Positions 9,656 to 18,178 of a DNA stretch of 64,000 nt are shown in pieces (the stretch's first letter is position 1; each line of letters opens with the position of its first letter). The DNA comes from an uncultured Alphaproteobacteria bacterium (lineage in GTDB: Bacteria > Pseudomonadota > Alphaproteobacteria > Methylaequorales > Methylaequoraceae): positions 14,640 to 78,639 of the forward strand of contig CABZMK010000003.1 of NCBI GenBank assembly GCA_902526865.1. Direction: 5' to 3'. The notes beneath the pieces are model-generated. The model was not told the DNA's origin. It made no database searches and saw nothing but the letters and a program-made list of their open reading frames with translations. A program made the position numbers and the translations under genes.

Positions 9656-10382
9656 CTAATATATTTTGAATATTTATTTGATATCTACAATATTTACAAC
9701 TATTATCACTGACTGGAACCTTATCATAATTTAAAGTTTGATATATTCTATCAAGGGTTGGTTCGATCCAAGTTTGGTCAAGCTCTCTTTCGAAAATCAA
9801 TAATTGAAAATCAATTATTTCTGATGAGTTTGGAATACTTTCAGAAGCGTTTAGATAAACAAGTATTCCTGCAGAACCTACTTTAACCGAGTTTTTTTTT
9901 AATAGAAAAGAATATAATGAGAGTTGTTTCCAGTAACCCGGCCAAATATTTTCTGAACTAATATTTTTTTTACGTGATGTACTTTTTATAATGACCGGAT
10001 AATTGTTTCCAGTTTCTTTACATAGCCAAATATCATCAAGATTAGCTCTAATTTTCAAGTTTGTCTTTTTATCAATATAACTAATTCCTTTAAATGGATG
10101 TGTCCAATTATCCAGTGATTCATTGTTAATAGGTACCAATTTCTTATTTATGGTTTTTGTTTCTGGTATAACTTTTTCTAGACTTCGATATTTATTCAAA
10201 GTATTTTTGAAATGACTTACAACAAAATTATTTATAACCAAAGGTGTGCCATGAGGTCTTTTTATGCCATGTTTTTGGTCTAAGTAAAAACATCTATTAC
10301 AATCGAAAAATAAATCAATTTTCGATCGATTTATTGAAAATGGTGTAATATTATCTTTAATATATAATTTTTTTTTCCACAC
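9642..10382 (-). CDS. Cas4/RecB-like PD-(D/E)XK nuclease with a 4-Cys cluster
   Basis: 246 aa, GTG start. The N-terminal SINRSKIDLFFDCNRCFYL resembles the Cas4 N-terminus. It has an LDDIW...VIIKSTS core and a QLSLY (QxxxY) motif. The cysteines are arranged CxxC near the N-terminus and CKYC near the C-terminus. 14-nt overlap with the ligase gene. Confidence 0.6.
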   Translation of the reverse strand: MWKKKLYIKDNITPFSINRSKIDLFFDCNRCFYLDQKHGIKRPHGTPLVINNFVVSHFKNTLNKYRSLEKVIPETKTINKKLVPINNESLDNWTHPFKGISYIDKKTNLKIRANLDDIWLCKETGNNYPVIIKSTSRKKNISSENIWPGYWKQLSLYSFLLKKNSVKVGSAGILVYLNASESIPNSSEIIDFQLLIFERELDQTWIEPTLDRIYQTLNYDKVPVSDNSCKYCRYQINIQNILDGKF

Positions 10383-10538
10383 TTAATTTTACTTTTATTT
10401 GTTAAACAATTTGAATATAGCTAATATAACAAAAAGTTTTTATTTATCTAAATACAAAAATTATAATTGCTGATTCTAAAAAATTAATTGGTGTAAAATT
10501 AAAATTGACAATTTTTTTTTTTTTGAAATTATCATTTT

Positions 10539-10913
10539 ATGTACTTATTATTTCTTTTCTTGATTCCAAAATTAATTTTTTCACTTGAACTCAATTTAGT
10601 ATGCACTAATAATAACGCACTAACAAATGAAGTGGATGTAAAAGATATTTTTCTATCATTGAACACTGATGATAAAAGAGTTGATTTGGGTGGTTTATCT
10701 TTTGAGGCTGAAAATATCTTAGTAACAAAATCCAATATTTCATGGTTTTCAAAAAGCATCGAGCTCTATCCAGAGACAAATGGATCTGTTTCAGGAATTC
10801 TCGGAAGATATTCAGGTGATTTGGTACTTAATTTTAAACGTGAAGACAGTCACAAAACTAATTCATTAATTTTTAATTGTAGAAAATTTGCTTTTAAAGA
10901 CAGGAAATTTTAG
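10539..10913 (+). CDS. Hypothetical secreted protein (124 aa)
   Basis: ORF with a hydrophobic N-terminus, MYLLFLFLIPKLIFSL. I preferred it over the overlapping antisense 75-aa ORF. No recognised domain. Confidence 0.35.
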   Translation: MYLLFLFLIPKLIFSLELNLVCTNNNALTNEVDVKDIFLSLNTDDKRVDLGGLSFEAENILVTKSNISWFSKSIELYPETNGSVSGILGRYSGDLVLNFKREDSHKTNSLIFNCRKFAFKDRKF

Positions 10914-11890
10914 TTTGCAAATATTTTCTCTTTCTCAATGAATCTTGTTAATAATTTTATGAGAAAAGTTTGTTGAAATTCATCATAGCCTTGATCTAAC
11001 TTTGGAAACATTCTTTTTACATTTTCAAATTGTATTAAATTATTATCAGGTCTTACTTTTGAAATTTTTTTTAAATAGCGATCCGGCATCCTAAATCTGC
11101 CTAGGGTAACCGAGTGAATTTTATTTTTGTCAATGAATTCAAAAACATTTTTAAAGAATTCTTCATAGTCTCCTTGCTGTTCGCAGTAAATTAATGGATC
11201 GAATCTTAAGCCAATTGACCAACCTAAATTTTGCAGTTTGATTATTGCTTTTAATCTTTTTGAGAGACTTGGTGTTTTATCTTCAAATTCTTTTACCACA
11301 TGTTCAGGGTTAAGACTAAAAGCTGGTATTACATTTGCTAATGGTTTAATTTTTTCAAAGACTTTGATATTTATACTTTTTGAACGAATTTCTAATACCC
11401 CTTTTTTTATTTCTTCAAAATATTTTATGAATTTTTTAAGAAAGTTTGTAACGTTTTCAAGTGCCAAACTGTCGGAATCGTAACCTGAAAAAAAACATGA
11501 ATATTCTTCATTGTTTCCAGCTATTTTTTTTATATTAGAATAGAAATCTTCGTAATTTACAAATAAAACATAATTTGCCGAGTTAAACATTCCCTGAAGA
11601 AAACAGTATTTACAATCATAAGGACAATTAAGAAGATGAGAAAAATAATAATTATTTTTAAATCCAATAGTAAACTTTTCAGGTGCTTTGAGTATAAAGT
11701 TTTTTTTTTTATATGCTAATATTAACGAAGGTGATTCTTTTTGAATCCTAAAATTTTGGTTATTTGAATTAAAAACTTCAGAGTAGGAATTGCAATATAT
11801 AATATTTTTATATTTAATTCTTTTTATAATATCATACGTATTGGGATGAGATTCTGCAGCATTTTCAATGTAAATTGTATCGATTTTCAT
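10910..11890 (-). CDS. splB: Spore-photoproduct-lyase-family radical SAM enzyme
   Basis: 326 aa. The radical SAM CxxxCxxC cluster lies in the context CPYDCKYCFLQG, closely resembling the SplB CxxxCxxCYLQ signature. Length is similar to SP lyases. Confidence 0.75.
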   Translation of the reverse strand: MKIDTIYIENAAESHPNTYDIIKRIKYKNIIYCNSYSEVFNSNNQNFRIQKESPSLILAYKKKNFILKAPEKFTIGFKNNYYFSHLLNCPYDCKYCFLQGMFNSANYVLFVNYEDFYSNIKKIAGNNEEYSCFFSGYDSDSLALENVTNFLKKFIKYFEEIKKGVLEIRSKSINIKVFEKIKPLANVIPAFSLNPEHVVKEFEDKTPSLSKRLKAIIKLQNLGWSIGLRFDPLIYCEQQGDYEEFFKNVFEFIDKNKIHSVTLGRFRMPDRYLKKISKVRPDNNLIQFENVKRMFPKLDQGYDEFQQTFLIKLLTRFIEKEKIFAN

Positions 11891-12678
11891 ACCTTCAGAA
11901 ATTCTTTAAGTTTTTTTATATTGTATGCTGCATTTTCACTGAAATTAATCATATTATCATGAAGAGCACTATACTTCGTGAAATATAAATTTAGGAGTGC
12001 TTTCATTTGTTCGCGTTCCGTAAATGTAAATTTTATTTTTGTAAATAAATTATTGAATACATTTTCAATAATTTCGTTACTATTTGGATAAAATTCTTTT
12101 TTTAAATTTAACATAAATGAGCAAAGTTCATTTATTAGCTTTCTGTGATTAAAAATAATATTGTATACAACTTCTTTATTTTTAAACTCAATTGATTCAA
12201 ATTGATTGTCTGAGATGATTTTGACAATCTGTAAAAGTTCTTTTGAAGAATATTTACATGCTGATTGATAAAAACCAAATGATTCCATGTCATAAACTTT
12301 TGGGCTGTAACTTTTCTTTTGTATTCCTAAAGATAAACATTCTTGATTTTGCATTCTAAATTTATTTATAAAAGGAAAAAAATTCTTTTTGGTTTCATTG
12401 TCAGTAATTTTGTTAATTGCACAAATATCTCCAACCTTTAAATATTTATGCCCTGCTAATCCAATATTTATCCATATATTATTATTTTTTTGATTATAAC
12501 AGTAATATGTTTGAGTTACCCCGATAGCAGCATTAACTTTACCAATACCTGAAATGGTTAAGCTAATGTTCTGACTTGCGTAAATAAAAGTTTGTTTAAA
12601 ATCTTTGATTTTTTTTAGCTTGAATAGATCAATTAATGGTCTTGCTTCTGAGTTTGTCGCAACTATAAAATGAATCAT
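11887..12678 (-). CDS. Nucleoside phosphorylase/nucleosidase-superfamily (PNP_UDP_1-like) protein with a C-terminal extension
   Basis: 263 aa. The N-terminus MIHFIVATNSEARPLI...ISGIGKVNAA resembles the phosphorylase/MTA-nucleosidase fold. About 70 extra C-terminal residues. 4-nt overlap with the SP lyase gene. Assignment from pattern only. Confidence 0.45.
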   Translation of the reverse strand: MIHFIVATNSEARPLIDLFKLKKIKDFKQTFIYASQNISLTISGIGKVNAAIGVTQTYYCYNQKNNNIWINIGLAGHKYLKVGDICAINKITDNETKKNFFPFINKFRMQNQECLSLGIQKKSYSPKVYDMESFGFYQSACKYSSKELLQIVKIISDNQFESIEFKNKEVVYNIIFNHRKLINELCSFMLNLKKEFYPNSNEIIENVFNNLFTKIKFTFTEREQMKALLNLYFTKYSALHDNMINFSENAAYNIKKLKEFLKV

Positions 12679-13476
12679 TTATTTTTTTATAAATTTTAGA
12701 GTCATGCGATCACTTTCTCCTATGGCTTCGTAAATAGTTTTGTTTTTATCACCTTCTGCATACCTTGGAGGGAGCGTCCATACACCTTTATTGTAATTTT
12801 TGAGATCTTTAGGGTTTGAATTAAGTTCAGTTTTTTCTAATAACTTAAACCCCTGTTTTTCAATATGTCTTATCAAAAATGATTCTTTTACATATCCTTT
12901 TTTAAAATTAGATGTTGCAGATTCATCAGCTCTATGTTGAACAACTCCAAGAATTCCATTTTTTTTTAGAGATCTATGAAATGATTGATAAATATTTTCT
13001 GATTTTTTTTGATCTAAAAAGTTATGTGTATTTCTAAATGTCAAAATTAAATCAAAATAATTTTCATTACTTTTAATTTTGAAATCTTTATCGATATAAA
13101 TTTCTTTTATTTCTCCAAATTTATTTTTATTTTTTTGAAAATATTCAAAGAATTCATTCTGGATTTTTGTGATGATCTCAATCGCGTAGCTCGGTTCTTT
13201 ATAAACTGCAACATGGAAGTTATTAGTACCATTCATGAAGGTGCTAATTATCTCTGTATACCAACCTCTACCTGGAATTATTTCTAAAACTTTTTTTGAT
13301 CTATCCAATTCAAAGAAATTTAGAGTTTCATAAGGATTTCTATATAGGTCTCTTTTTTTGTTTTCTTCTTTTCTGTAAGGATTCGCAACAGCCTCTTTAA
13401 TTAAGTCAGTGTTTGCGTCAATTTTGTTAAAAAATAACAATGTACTTAAGATAAAAGAATATAATAAAGTCTTCAT
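12679..13476 (-). CDS. Secreted class I SAM-dependent methyltransferase (COG4798-like)
   Basis: 265 aa. Signal peptide, then a KRDLYRNPYETLNFFEL...VLEIIPGRGWYTE motif I region typical of predicted periplasmic methyltransferases. Confidence 0.6.
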   Translation of the reverse strand: MKTLLYSFILSTLLFFNKIDANTDLIKEAVANPYRKEENKKRDLYRNPYETLNFFELDRSKKVLEIIPGRGWYTEIISTFMNGTNNFHVAVYKEPSYAIEIITKIQNEFFEYFQKNKNKFGEIKEIYIDKDFKIKSNENYFDLILTFRNTHNFLDQKKSENIYQSFHRSLKKNGILGVVQHRADESATSNFKKGYVKESFLIRHIEKQGFKLLEKTELNSNPKDLKNYNKGVWTLPPRYAEGDKNKTIYEAIGESDRMTLKFIKK

Positions 13477-13479
13477 AAT

Positions 13480-13977
13480 TTATGTTACACTATCTATCAT
13501 ATCGTCAATAGAAAATTGTTTATGTATTGCATCAGTAATTAAACCTAAATCTTTTTCATTTTTAATATCCCAACCGCAAGGAGCTTTTTTTGTTAACCCA
13601 GATCTACATGAATACGAAAATACCTTAAAATCTTTTACTGCATCATGCGGAGAGTACTTTTTTTCAGAATCATTATCGTATGGATCTTTTTTAAAAATAC
13701 CTTTTTCATTTGGCTTAATGTTCATTATTATACTGTATGTATAATGATTTAAAAGAAGAAAAGGATCTTTTGACTTTACTTCGCCTAAAAATTCAATGAA
13801 TGCTACCGATGTTGCCTCTATATCGTCTGGGCTAAGTTCATCATAATATTTTGAAAAAAAAGATATAAATTTTCTTGCACTAATAAATAAAGCTACATCT
13901 CTTACAATATAATCATAAACAGTTTGAGAAATAATAATTTTAAATAACCAATCTGGACAAAATCTTTCTTTACCCAT
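13480..13977 (-). CDS. Hypothetical protein (165 aa)
   Basis: The ORF is tightly packed in the operon, 2-3 nt from each neighbour. No motif recognised. Confidence 0.4.
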   Translation of the reverse strand: MGKERFCPDWLFKIIISQTVYDYIVRDVALFISARKFISFFSKYYDELSPDDIEATSVAFIEFLGEVKSKDPFLLLNHYTYSIIMNIKPNEKGIFKKDPYDNDSEKKYSPHDAVKDFKVFSYSCRSGLTKKAPCGWDIKNEKDLGLITDAIHKQFSIDDMIDSVT

Positions 13978-13979
13978 TT

Positions 13980-14276
13980 TTAGCCTTTCTTCAAAAAATT
14001 TTCAGCATAGGATTTTTTTATCAACGACCTTTTATTAGGCATTTGTATTTCATAATCATATTTATTTTTTTTTGCAAAGTTGATAGCTGATTCTAAATCA
14101 TCAAAAAATAACTTAATTTGTTTTTCAGGATTCGAAGATCCGTTCCAACAAAACTTACTACTTATAAACGATTCACTAATTTCATTGTTTGAGAGACACC
14201 ATTTGCGTGAGTTATTATACCCCGACTGCATGGCAGACTTTGTGGGTTTATATATCAAAAATTTATTTTTTTTCAT
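13980..14276 (-). CDS. ETC complex I subunit conserved-region protein (NDUFS4-like)
   Basis: KFLIYKPTKSAMQSG...KW matches the alphaproteobacterial NDUFS4-homologue pattern. The start is placed at the internal Met (MKKNKF). The longest ORF extends to 14297. Confidence 0.65.
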   Translation of the reverse strand: MKKNKFLIYKPTKSAMQSGYNNSRKWCLSNNEISESFISSKFCWNGSSNPEKQIKLFFDDLESAINFAKKNKYDYEIQMPNKRSLIKKSYAENFLKKG

Positions 14277-15435
14277 AGTTTTTAAATCCTCGCTCAAGAT
14301 CTTTAATCAAATCATCTGCTGATTCTAAACCAATATGAATTCTAAACCAATATACAGATTTTTTATAGTTTTTTAAAGAGGGCTTTATTTCATTTAATGG
14401 CAAAATCAAACTTTCATATCCTCCCCAACTAAATCCAATTTTAAAAAAAATTAAATGATCAACGAAAGATTCAATTTTATTTATTTTTGGAACTGAAAAA
14501 GTAATAAGTCCATTGCTAAGATTAAAGTATTTTTTCCAAAGTTTGTGATAAATATTTTTTTTATCAGGTAAGAAATAAATTTCTTTAACAACCTTTTTTG
14601 TCTCTAAATACTCAAAAACTTTTAAGGAATTTTCTTGATGTTTCTCTAGTCTTGTACTTAAAGTTCTCATGCCTTTTATTGCGTTGAAACATGCCTCTGA
14701 AGAAACAAAATCTCCCACTCTAACGGCTGTTTGCTTAATTTTTTTGAAATGCTCATTGCCGCATGCTATAACTCCACAAAAATTGTCAGAATGACCTGAA
14801 AAATATTTTGTACAAGATTCAATAGCCACATCTATACCCCAATCTAAAGGGTTTAGACCTATGAAAGTAGCCCAAGTATTATCCATAACAGTTATAATTT
14901 TATTTTTTTTTGCAATCTTTACAGTTTCCTCGATATCTTCCACTTCATAATTGAGTGACCCAGGCGATTCGATGTAAATTAATTTTGTTTTATTGCTGAT
15001 TAGTTTATTTAAAAAAGAAGAATTATTATTTTTGTAGAAATAAGTTTTTATCCCAAATTTTTTTAACTCTTTTATACAGAAATTATAAACCGGTTCATAA
15101 CAATTTTCAGTAATTAATACTTCATCTCCTTTTGATAAAAATGATAATAAACTTATCGTTATTGCTGACAATCCAGAGCTTGTAACAATTGCATCCTGAC
15201 TTTTGTATAATTGGCAAATTAATTCTTCAAATCTTTTTACTGAATAGTTTCCAAATCTTCCGTAATATGGTTTCTTGAATTTATTTTTTTTAGCGTCTAA
15301 AAAGCTTTTATAGTCGTTAAAAATTATTGTCGAGGTTTTATATATTGGATCGCTTAAAGATCCATGATGTAAACTAGGGTCACTTCCTAGTTTAATTAAT
15401 TCAGAATTTATTTTTTTTTTCCCCATTCTGCCCAT
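14263..15435 (-). CDS. metC: Cystathionine beta-lyase (Cys/Met-metabolism PLP enzyme)
   Basis: 390 aa. YGRFGN...ENCYEPVYNFCIKELKKFGI parallels the E. coli MetC region. PLP lysine in SCTKYFSGHSD. Confidence 0.8.
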   Translation of the reverse strand: MGRMGKKKINSELIKLGSDPSLHHGSLSDPIYKTSTIIFNDYKSFLDAKKNKFKKPYYGRFGNYSVKRFEELICQLYKSQDAIVTSSGLSAITISLLSFLSKGDEVLITENCYEPVYNFCIKELKKFGIKTYFYKNNNSSFLNKLISNKTKLIYIESPGSLNYEVEDIEETVKIAKKNKIITVMDNTWATFIGLNPLDWGIDVAIESCTKYFSGHSDNFCGVIACGNEHFKKIKQTAVRVGDFVSSEACFNAIKGMRTLSTRLEKHQENSLKVFEYLETKKVVKEIYFLPDKKNIYHKLWKKYFNLSNGLITFSVPKINKIESFVDHLIFFKIGFSWGGYESLILPLNEIKPSLKNYKKSVYWFRIHIGLESADDLIKDLERGFKNYEKK

Positions 15436-16250
15436 GATCCATCATACAGTTTAACTTCTTTAATACCTAATAATGTAAGAACAAATATGATATTGCAAGC
15501 CGTAACTCCGGATCCGCAATAGCATACTATGATATTTTTTTTTTTTATTTTCTTTTGATTAAAAATTAAATGCTTTAATTCATCAAAATTTTTAATTAGC
15601 ATATTTTCTGTTATTAACTCAAACGGAATATTAATACTATTCTTAATTCTACCTTTTTTTAAATTAGGTCTCGGTTCTTTTTCAATTCCCATAAATCTGT
15701 TCTGAGGTCTTGCGTCAATTACTTTTATATTACAATCGTTTTTAACGATAATTTTTTCTAATTCTGTTTTATTAACTATTCTCTTAGATTCAAATGAATT
15801 ACAAATAAAATTAGATTTGCCTGTTTTTTTTATTTTATTTGTTACTGGTAGATTATTTTTAGTCCACTCTGAAAAACCACCATTAAGTATTCTTATCTTT
15901 TTAAATCCAAAAACTTTAAAAATAAACCAAACTCTCCCTGAACAAAAAAAACCTATTTGATCATATATTATTATGTCGTTATTAATATTAATTCCATTTG
16001 ACATAATAAAATTTTGGATTTGTTCACTTGATGGAAACATATGGGGTAAATCAATTGAATTATCCGACAACTTCTCAATATCGAAATAGATTGCATTCTC
16101 AATATGAGAGTTTTTATAATCTAATCTTCCTCTATGAGGTTTATTTAAATACCATCTGCAATCAATAATTCTAACATCAGAAGAGTTTTTTAAAGAAAAA
16201 AGATCCTCACAGTTAATCACAAATTTTGAAATTAAATTTATCAAAGCCAT
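15408..16250 (-). CDS. sseA: 3-mercaptopyruvate/thiosulfate sulfurtransferase (tandem rhodanese)
   Basis: 280 aa with two rhodanese domains. Active-site loop CYCGSGVTAC and terminal YDGSWAEW. Confidence 0.8.
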   Translation of the reverse strand: MALINLISKFVINCEDLFSLKNSSDVRIIDCRWYLNKPHRGRLDYKNSHIENAIYFDIEKLSDNSIDLPHMFPSSEQIQNFIMSNGININNDIIIYDQIGFFCSGRVWFIFKVFGFKKIRILNGGFSEWTKNNLPVTNKIKKTGKSNFICNSFESKRIVNKTELEKIIVKNDCNIKVIDARPQNRFMGIEKEPRPNLKKGRIKNSINIPFELITENMLIKNFDELKHLIFNQKKIKKKNIIVCYCGSGVTACNIIFVLTLLGIKEVKLYDGSWAEWGKKK

Positions 16251-17239
16251 TCTGGAATTGGAAGTTCTTTGTCTTTAAGAAATTTTTTATTAAAAATTTT
16301 ACTTTCGTATTTTGTCCCATAATCACACAAGATGGTTACAATTTTTTTGTTGGGACCAATTAATTTTCCCAACTTTACTGCTCCCATAATATTTACTCCG
16401 GATGATCCTCCTAAAATTAGCCCTTCTCTTCTCACCATCTCATATACGATATTTAAAGCTTCTGTATCTGTTATTTGAAACGATTCGTCAATAATAGCAT
16501 TTTCTAAATTCCTAGTTATTCTTCCTTGCCCAATTCCTTCAGTTACAGAAGAACCAGTTGATTTGAGTTTCCCATTTTTATAAAAATTGTGCATAGCTGA
16601 ACCCATAGGATCTGCTAAACCAATAACAATATTTTTATTTTTTTCTTTTAAAAAATCTGAAACACCTGAAATAGTTCCTCCTGTGCCTATTGAACATATA
16701 AAAGCGTCAACCTTATGGGAAAGTTGTTTATATATTTCAGGTCCGGTTGTTAAATAATGTGATTTTTTATTAGATAAATTATCAAATTGATTTGCCCATA
16801 GAACACCATGATCATTTACAATTGATTTTGCTAAGGTTTCTGAGTAACGAATGTAATTTCCAGGATTTTTATATGGGAGTGCATCAACAAGTTTTAATTC
16901 TGCCCCACACAATTTTAACATTTTTTTTTTTTCACTACTTTGGGTCTTAGGCATCACTATGATTGAATTCAACCCAATAGAATTTCCAACTAAACATAGA
17001 CCTATTCCGGTGTTTCCTGCAGTTCCTTCGACAATTGTACCTCCTTTTTCGATTTGTTTTTTTTTAATTGCATCTTTTATTATTTGCAATGCAGGTCTGT
17101 CTTTTACTGATCCACCTGGATTAAGAAATTCACATTTACCATATATTTCGCAACCAGAAATTTCTGATGCGACTTTTAGTTTTATTATTGGAGTATTTCC
17201 AATACATTCTGAAAAATTTCTTTTAAAATTAAATTTCAT
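16241..17239 (-). CDS. Cysteine synthase / cystathionine beta-synthase family PLP enzyme
   Basis: 332 aa. PLP lysine in GGSVKDRPA, and the glycine loop SIGTGGTISG. It has no CBS-pair domains. Confidence 0.8.
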   Translation of the reverse strand: MKFNFKRNFSECIGNTPIIKLKVASEISGCEIYGKCEFLNPGGSVKDRPALQIIKDAIKKKQIEKGGTIVEGTAGNTGIGLCLVGNSIGLNSIIVMPKTQSSEKKKMLKLCGAELKLVDALPYKNPGNYIRYSETLAKSIVNDHGVLWANQFDNLSNKKSHYLTTGPEIYKQLSHKVDAFICSIGTGGTISGVSDFLKEKNKNIVIGLADPMGSAMHNFYKNGKLKSTGSSVTEGIGQGRITRNLENAIIDESFQITDTEALNIVYEMVRREGLILGGSSGVNIMGAVKLGKLIGPNKKIVTILCDYGTKYESKIFNKKFLKDKELPIPEWL

Positions 17240-17320
17240 TTTTTAAATGATCTTAAACTTTTTTTGTTAAATCATATACAAAAAGTTAACAATGGTTTAA
17301 TTTAAGAATTTCACAAAAAA

Positions 17321-18178
17321 ATGCTAAATATTTTTATTAAAACTTGCATCGTTATTTTTTTTATCTGTTCTCCAATATATTCTTTCGAGGTAAAGTGGGT
17401 TGTTGATGGATTAAATGAGCCAGAATCAGCTGTTTTTGATAAAAAAAATAGTGCTATATATATTTCAAACATTAACGGTGATCCGTTAAAATTAGATAAA
17501 AATGGGTATATCAGTAAAATTAGTGTGGATGGTCAGATTTTAGAAAAGAAATGGATAAAAGGTTTAGACGCACCAAAAGGAATGACAATCTTTAATAACC
17601 ATTTATTTGTTGCAGATATAAATAAAATTTGGAGAATCAATACTTCAAATAAAAAAAAAAAAAAATTCTCAATAAATGGCGCAGGTTTTTTAAATGATTT
17701 AGTCGTAGACAAAAAAGGTCGTATTTATGCTTCTGACATGTTTAAAAATAGAATTTATCAATTAAAAAATGAAAATATTACGATATGGAAACAAAGCAAA
17801 CTTTTAGACTCACCAAATGGATTGTTAATTGAGGGAAATAATTTAATTATAGCTTGCTGGGGCAAAATTAAGAGTGGCTTTGATACAGAAATAAAAGGAA
17901 AATTAATAAAAGTTAATTTAAAAACAAGGGAGATTCAAAAATTTTTCAGCACTCGTCCAATTGGAAATTTGGACGGCATCGTCTTTAATAAAGATAATGG
18001 TTATTTATCAACTGATTGGATTAACGGAAAGCTTTTTTCAATCAATAAAAAAGGCATAGTTACGAACACTTTTAAAGTAAACAAAGGGGCTGCCGATCTT
18101 GAGATATTAATGCATAAAAATCTAATTTTAATTCCAATGATGAAAAATAATAATCTCACAGCATTTCAGTACGATTAA
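17321..18178 (+). CDS. Secreted beta-propeller protein (SMP-30/gluconolactonase/NHL-like)
   Basis: 285 aa. Signal-like N-terminus, and repeated blade-like segments (PESAVFD, PKGMTIF, LNDLVVD, PNGLLIE, LDGIVF). Contains an in-frame A15 run. Confidence 0.45.
   Translation: MLNIFIKTCIVIFFICSPIYSFEVKWVVDGLNEPESAVFDKKNSAIYISNINGDPLKLDKNGYISKISVDGQILEKKWIKGLDAPKGMTIFNNHLFVADINKIWRINTSNKKKKKFSINGAGFLNDLVVDKKGRIYASDMFKNRIYQLKNENITIWKQSKLLDSPNGLLIEGNNLIIACWGKIKSGFDTEIKGKLIKVNLKTREIQKFFSTRPIGNLDGIVFNKDNGYLSTDWINGKLFSINKKGIVTNTFKVNKGAADLEILMHKNLILIPMMKNNNLTAFQYD

Noticed and set aside
10532-10759. 75-aa minus-strand ORF overlapping the 124-aa plus-strand ORF
   Set aside because: It is shorter and lacks a signal or motif. 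Its start would abut the divergent-promoter region. The plus-strand ORF with a signal-like N-terminus is the better model, though neither is certain.
5358-12678. Possible hopanoid cluster: HpnN-like MMPL, HpnG-like phosphorylase and HpnH-like radical SAM
   Set aside because: The radical SAM protein carries the SplB-type CxxxCxxCFLQ context and SP-lyase length rather than an HpnH-like layout. The genes are separated by unrelated genes. No squalene-hopene cyclase or other hpn genes are present in the window.
17240-17320. Riboswitch (SAM or other) upstream of the sulfur-metabolism operon
   Set aside because: The spacer is only 81 nt, is shared with a divergent gene, and is almost pure A/T. It has no GC-paired helices that could form a known riboswitch aptamer.
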